From Eukaryota sp. TZLM1-RC (taxonomy: Eukaryota; Protista; Metamonada: BaSk clade): a stretch of 64,000 nucleotides of DNA. Positions 59,128 through 64,000 of this stretch are shown here, piece after piece. The position numbers and the translations under genes are program-made. How positions within the stretch are numbered: position 1 is the first letter of the stretch; every line of letters starts with the position of its first letter. The stretch is from contig JAUPSS010000010.1 in the NCBI GenBank assembly GCA_040285825.1, positions 680,881-744,880 on the forward strand, in the 5' to 3' direction. The notes under the pieces are model-generated. The model made no database searches, was not told the origin of the DNA, and was given only the letters and a program-made list of their open reading frames with translations.

Positions 59128-60209
59128 AGTAAATCCTTTTACCCATACATTCTTTCAATTTGATCATCATTAGCTTAAAAAATAAAACAATTATGTAAAG
59201 TAAATATGTAGGTTGCTTTATTCGGATCATCGCAACACTACTGCAACCCACAGTTGAAGTAAAAATTGAAATGATAATGTTAGGTTTTGAAACTTCCTGG
59301 ATTGAAACATATGAAATCTGAATAAGTTTGGATCATCATGATTTCACTCTAGATCTTCTAGATAGCTGCAACGAAATTTGGATGCGAAATTAGTTCTTAG
59401 CCCATCAAATGGTTTTAAAAGAATTATAAGAGTTTATTCTTTGAACAGCCACATTTTAAAACAAAACATCTGTGTTACACAATTTAAAAACTAAATATGA
59501 ATTTCAATAAAGGCACCCACGAAGATTACATTGACCACTGGAACACTTTGTTGAAAAAAGTTGAAATGTCAAGAGAAACAATAACATTCTGAATAAGCAA
59601 GATAAGAAAAATGTTGCATCAAAGATAAATCTCCCATTCGAAATAATAAATGGAAATTAATGATGTAACATATAATCAAAATGAAGTCAACTAAGTCGCT
59701 TTGGATAAATCGTCATATCAAATATTAACTTTCTACTACTAAAAGGGAAAAATACACAAAATTTGTTTTTTGTAATTATCAGTTTTGTATTTACTGTTTG
59801 CGCCTTTAGGTTTAAATAGAATAAAGACAAAATATATCAACTTTGTCTCGTTCATTTTAGGTTATTCTCTTTATTCTAATTCGCGGACATAGTGCAACAT
59901 TAGGAGCAATGTTTCACATTAATCATTTTTTGACAGATGAGGAGAGTATGCTCTTCCTGGCTCTGCCATTGAAACAATCTTGTTTATCATCTTGTTTCAA
60001 CATTGACAATTTTGTTGGACATGTTTTTTGTCGAAGATTGGCACCTTTCTGGTGGAAGTTCGGCTTATCAATGTAATGATTAAACTGCTTTTTTGTTTTA
60101 TGGGAACTAGTTTGAAAATGGCCAAGTTTTAAAACACCAAACATTATAGTTTGGAAATATTGAAACCAAACCAAACAACCACAAAAACCAATTACCAAAA
60201 GTCAAAATT

Positions 60210-61720
60210 CTGTTGTCCCTTTACTAATTACAGTAGTGATGCTTTTAAGTTCCTTGGTTGTTGGTTGGGAAATATGCCTCAAATTCAGAATGAATTGCAA
60301 GTTATTTTGGAGAAAAAGAAAATTGATCTTGATTCAATTTCTTCTTTAGATCTAGAAAAACATATTAAATTTTTCATGCTTAAAATTTGCTTTACTGGGA
60401 GAATAACCCACATTTTGAGATCTTGTGCTCCTTCCATAGCATTAGATTTTTGTTTTTCCTTAAATTCATTGAGAACAGAATTTTTTGCTGATTTATTGGA
60501 TGTAGAACCAGGAATGTTGAAAAGTCACTTATTTTCTTCAGCAAATTTGGGTGGTATTGGATTTACTAAATCTTCAATTTTGTGTCAATCAGCATTCTTG
60601 GGTGGTGGCAAAAATTTTATTTATGAATTTTCTCGTAGATTTCCTGATGATTCTCATCTGTTAGTCCCCAATTGTAGTCCCTATTTGTATGAGTTATCTT
60701 GTGAACTTGAAAAATTGCCGCCACAAATTTGGACCAAATGTTTTCCTCAATCAATTCAAGAAATTCCAAACCGATCTCTATTAAATTTACAGTTTTGCTG
60801 TAAAAAGCTTCAACAAAAATTGTCAAAGATTTTTGAAAGCTTGGATTTTGATGTTAGACTTGGTTTGGCCAGGTAAAAGAATCCCGCTCTTGCAAATCTT
60901 TTACAAGATATGTGTGACAGTACTTCTTCTGCCTTAGTAACAACAATTCCTCAAGTTTATGGTACTCTCTTAACTGATTCTGTTTCGACTTTGAATATGA
61001 GATTTCGTTCTTTTATCTGGCCTGATAATTTACCTCATAATTCAATTTGTAAATGTTCTCGAAAAATTACAATTACTCATTTGTTAAATTGTAAACATTT
61101 TATTACTTTCAGAAGCAAGGTTCATGATGCTGTAAGACACCAATTATATTGTATCTGTAAGTCTCATAGAATTGAATCCTTTTTGGAACCTCTCTTGTCG
61201 AATCTGTTTGATACGGATGATTTTCATGAGAATAATAGAGGTGATGTAATATTACCTGGATTAGATGGAAATTTCATTTTATTGGATGTAATATGTGTTG
61301 ATCCTTGTCATAAAAGGCTTGTTAATTCTAAAATTCATAAATTTTTTCAAATGATGAAAATTTCAAAAACAAAAAATACAATGAACCTTTGTCCAAATTG
61401 TCCAGTCTACAGCATACAAAATACAATTTGTATCCATTTGTATTTTCCCTTTTTGGGTCACTTGCACCAACTGCTTTACGTTTTTTGGATGATTTTGAAA
61501 TGAATGTAAAGAGAAGAACTGGCAGAAATTTCAACAGATTGTTTTGGCAAAATAGAATTGTGTTTTCTATTTTTAAGGGGATGTTGAAGATGGTTTCTGA
61601 TGCTTTGCTTTCTCTTGGATCTCACTATAAGAGAGTTGCAGCCAGTGTTTTTGTTTTTGGAGAGATGGATTATTTAGACGTTGATTTATAGGTTTTTAAT
61701 AAAAAAATTATAAAAAAATC
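60210..61720 (+). mobile_element. 5'-truncated family D CRE-clade LINE, preceded by an inverted N-terminal fragment (~59920-60200, -)
   Basis: FKFLGCWLG, LGGIGF, CKC..HLLNCKH, RGDVILPGLDG..LLD, AATAAA/A-rich tail. Confidence 0.85.
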
Positions 61721-61819
61721 AAAATTAAGAGAAAGTCTGTCACTTCACACAAACCCAGTCCCTCCCCCATTGTTGTGAAAAGGACACTTATTTCATTGTT
61801 TTATACAACATTTGTAAGA

Positions 61820-62386
61820 ATGGGAGAGGAACTATCAAGTAGTTGGGATTTATACAGTTCAGCAAGTCCTTCCGACTCTGTACATATTGCGACATGCTCC
61901 TCACTTCAACACTTTCTACACATCTATTCATACATCAGTAAACCCCTGAGTCTTAAACCAGGCTACACATTGTGTGTATATTGTGCTTCTATGGAGTCTT
62001 CCCCAAATGGCTGCAGCTTGGTACTTCGATTTCACCCTTGCTGTCCAATGGTTGATTACTATTGGGATACTCTAGTGACTTCTCTCATTCTTGATCAATT
62101 TGATGACGAAGTGCCAATTCACCATCAAGTAAGCACCACGTCATCACCACGGATAAATTGCATGGGACGGCAAGTTGTCGGATTACAGGTTTCTCGTAAG
62201 TTGAACGTCCCAGAACTAACGTTGACTCTCTTGTTGAATTCCAGCGAACAGTTTGTCATTAAAGCTATCAGTAATTTTGTACATTTTAAGATTAAGAATC
62301 TTTTGAAAGATCGAGCAAAGTTTGTGCTACCCCCTGTCGAGACAATCTTTCATCAAGATTTACTTGACTCTACGGAAAAAGGATGA
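61820..62386 (+). CDS. Divergent eIF4E-like protein
   Basis: SSWDLY, HIATCSSLQHFLHIYSYISKPLSLKPG, DYYWDTLVTSLILDQFD, QVVGLQVSR follow the eIF4E fold order, but several conserved Trp are replaced. Confidence 0.65.
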   Translation: MGEELSSSWDLYSSASPSDSVHIATCSSLQHFLHIYSYISKPLSLKPGYTLCVYCASMESSPNGCSLVLRFHPCCPMVDYYWDTLVTSLILDQFDDEVPIHHQVSTTSSPRINCMGRQVVGLQVSRKLNVPELTLTLLLNSSEQFVIKAISNFVHFKIKNLLKDRAKFVLPPVETIFHQDLLDSTEKG

Positions 62387-62629
62387 GGTGTGATTTAGGT
62401 AGTTGACGTGTTGTTGATGTCTATTATGACCTATGTTTATTGTTAAGGTCTGAATTAGTATTTTGTAATAAAATTTAATTTAATTGTCTTTTTATTTTTT
62501 TTCGAAACGTCAAGGTATGAAACTATAAGGTCAAGAATTAACCTGCCACAGAAACGTTTCAACCATCTTCCATCAACCAAATAATTCGATATTATACTAT
62601 TCTGGAAACAAACTAACCAAATTTTAATG

Positions 62630-62776
62630 CTGCCTGACATAAATTGTATTGGGCATGAGAATTTTCATTAACTGAAGAAATGGGTTTCGCATATTTAGCA
62701 ATTTAGTATTTTTCGCCTGTAAGAAGAGGATTGTTTACATCCGAGTTAATGAGATGTTCGTTAGAAGTATTACATT
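62630..62776 (-). mobile_element. Short family C LINE RLE fragment
   Basis: NEHLINSDVNNPLLTGEKY..KPISSVNENSHAQYNLC, matching 12500-12635. Confidence 0.8.
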
Positions 62777-62784
62777 GTACTAAT

Positions 62785-63383
62785 CAGTGTTCGGACACCA
62801 CCATGTGGTTCATTTTTACCACTATGTGGACCACGTGGTGCCACGTGGTGGTTGGTGCCACCATGGTGGTTTTCTTGGTGGTCAATTTCATTTCATTATT
62901 CCTTTATCCTTTCTTTGTTCCTAATACCATGGCCTGGTAGCAAACACCCTGTATTTGAATACATTTCCCCTAATGAAGTGGAATATCTGAGAGGACGCCT
63001 ACATGCCATATGAGACTTTTATTCATTGGATGAATGTTGAAATAGTGAAAATGATGGAAGAGATGGAGGAAGTTGCAGAGGCAGTCAACGAGCAGGACCA
63101 AGAAATAGATTATCCACTGGACGAGGAAGTCCTATACGATCCTTTTTATTTTAGAAATCTTTATGTTTCGGAGGACATTGAGGAGGAATGATATGATCTG
63201 AAATGCATTGTTCTTTGTGGTTGAGTTGTAGGATTAGTATTAGTTTGCAAAAATAAACATGTTTTATTCATAATGATTTGACAATGTCAGAAGGTAACAG
63301 CACTTTATAGGCTAAAAAATACACCACCATGTGGACCACGCGGTGGCACATGGTGGTCCGCGTGGTCAAAATTCCGAATATTG
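62785..63383 (+). mobile_element. Non-autonomous hAT-type element (599 bp) carrying an acidic cargo ORF
   Basis: TIRs CAGTGTTCGGA / TCCGAATATTG. 8-bp TSD GTACTAAT (62777-62784) / GAACTAAT (63384-63391). Subterminal CCAC..GTGG palindromes at both ends. Confidence 0.8.
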
Positions 63384-63618
63384 GAACTAATTCTCCTCAT
63401 TTTGACATATGCACATCCTTTATATCACTTGTGCCACAGAACATTCATAAGAATTGACCTTGAAATATGTGAATACAGATAAAACTTGGTCGTTAGACAT
63501 CAACGGCAAGTTGCGGGGAAACAACAAGATGTTGATGAAAGAACAGCAGAAACTGTATAGAAACATGATACTAATGTTGAAGAGTATCAAGACAATCCAC
63601 TGGTCTCTTTGACGCTCA

Positions 63619-64000
63619 ATGCCACTACTACTAACCATCATTCTGATACTTTCACCAATTGCGTCAACTGAAATAGTGTTGCCACCTCGATGTCACATGA
63701 ATACCGAAATAAACACAATATGCGCCATTGAGATTAGCAAGCTTCATCCTACCCAATTTAGTGTGGGAGAATGGCAGGTGTACTGTGAGATTGAGGATAT
63801 TCATAACTATTGGTCCTCATGTTCCGATATTGTCACTCTCTATAAACAAATCAACCCACCAGTGGTACTGTTGAATGATTCATTCTATGTTCTAGATAAT
63901 CACCATTTTCTACGAAGTCTTTATGAGATCAACAACACCGAGCCAATCAACTGTCCTCTTCTATTTGGAAAAGATCCTGGAGAGAGGTTCGTCTTTGTGA
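63619..64000 (+). CDS. Secreted ParB-like (ParBc_2/sulfiredoxin-fold) protein, runs off the window end
   Basis: MPLLLTIILILSPIAS signal peptide, then ISKLHPTQFSVGEWQV and PPVVLLNDSFYVLDNHHFLRSL motifs. Open to 64000 and absent from the ORF track. Confidence 0.72.
   Translation, partial: MPLLLTIILILSPIASTEIVLPPRCHMNTEINTICAIEISKLHPTQFSVGEWQVYCEIEDIHNYWSSCSDIVTLYKQINPPVVLLNDSFYVLDNHHFLRSLYEINNTEPINCPLLFGKDPGERFVFV

Noticed and set aside
59920-60210. Twin-priming 5' inversion of the family D element
   Set aside because: The inverted piece corresponds to a region about 1 kb upstream of where the forward part begins and no TSD is visible. It could be an independent fragment.
62785-62880. CCAC..GTGG palindromic repeats as a CRISPR array
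   Set aside because: Irregular spacing, no unique spacers, eukaryotic context. Explained as hAT subterminal repeats.

Overview
AT-rich eukaryotic genomic DNA from a flagellated protist (CFAP45 gene, standard code, 28-35 nt spliceosomal introns). A free-living metamonad-like organism is my low-confidence guess. Compact housekeeping genes are scattered through the window: PH-domain, ubiquitin-like, Spp1/Cfp1-like PHD, Nup93, LRMDA-like, S28 peptidase, PRMT1, cyclin-like, Frag1/DRAM, APH-1-like, IKS1-like kinase, CFAP45, an H2A/H2B/H3/H4 cluster, an eIF4E-like gene, a secreted ParB-like protein and two identical tRNA-Gly(GCC). They sit among many decayed mobile elements. These include about seven families of CRE-clade (RT + RLE) non-LTR retrotransposons with two triple-nested stacks and readable TSDs, a recent TRIM-like LTR element, a Pack-hAT element and a TIR MITE. 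The main result, which the ORF track does not show, is three broken Fanzor1-like (eukaryotic TnpB, RNA-guided RuvC nuclease) genes at ~17.8-18.6 kb, ~30.4-31.5 kb and 31.75-33.63 kb. The last is nearly full length, keeps all three RuvC motifs, and is followed by a long nested hairpin where an omegaRNA scaffold would lie. The other notable signals are a divergent histone 3' stem-loop (GGTGTT-YWTC-AACACT) after all four core histone genes and a fixed branch-point-to-3'-splice-site spacing in all six introns. Protein family calls come from motif recognition by eye, not database searches.
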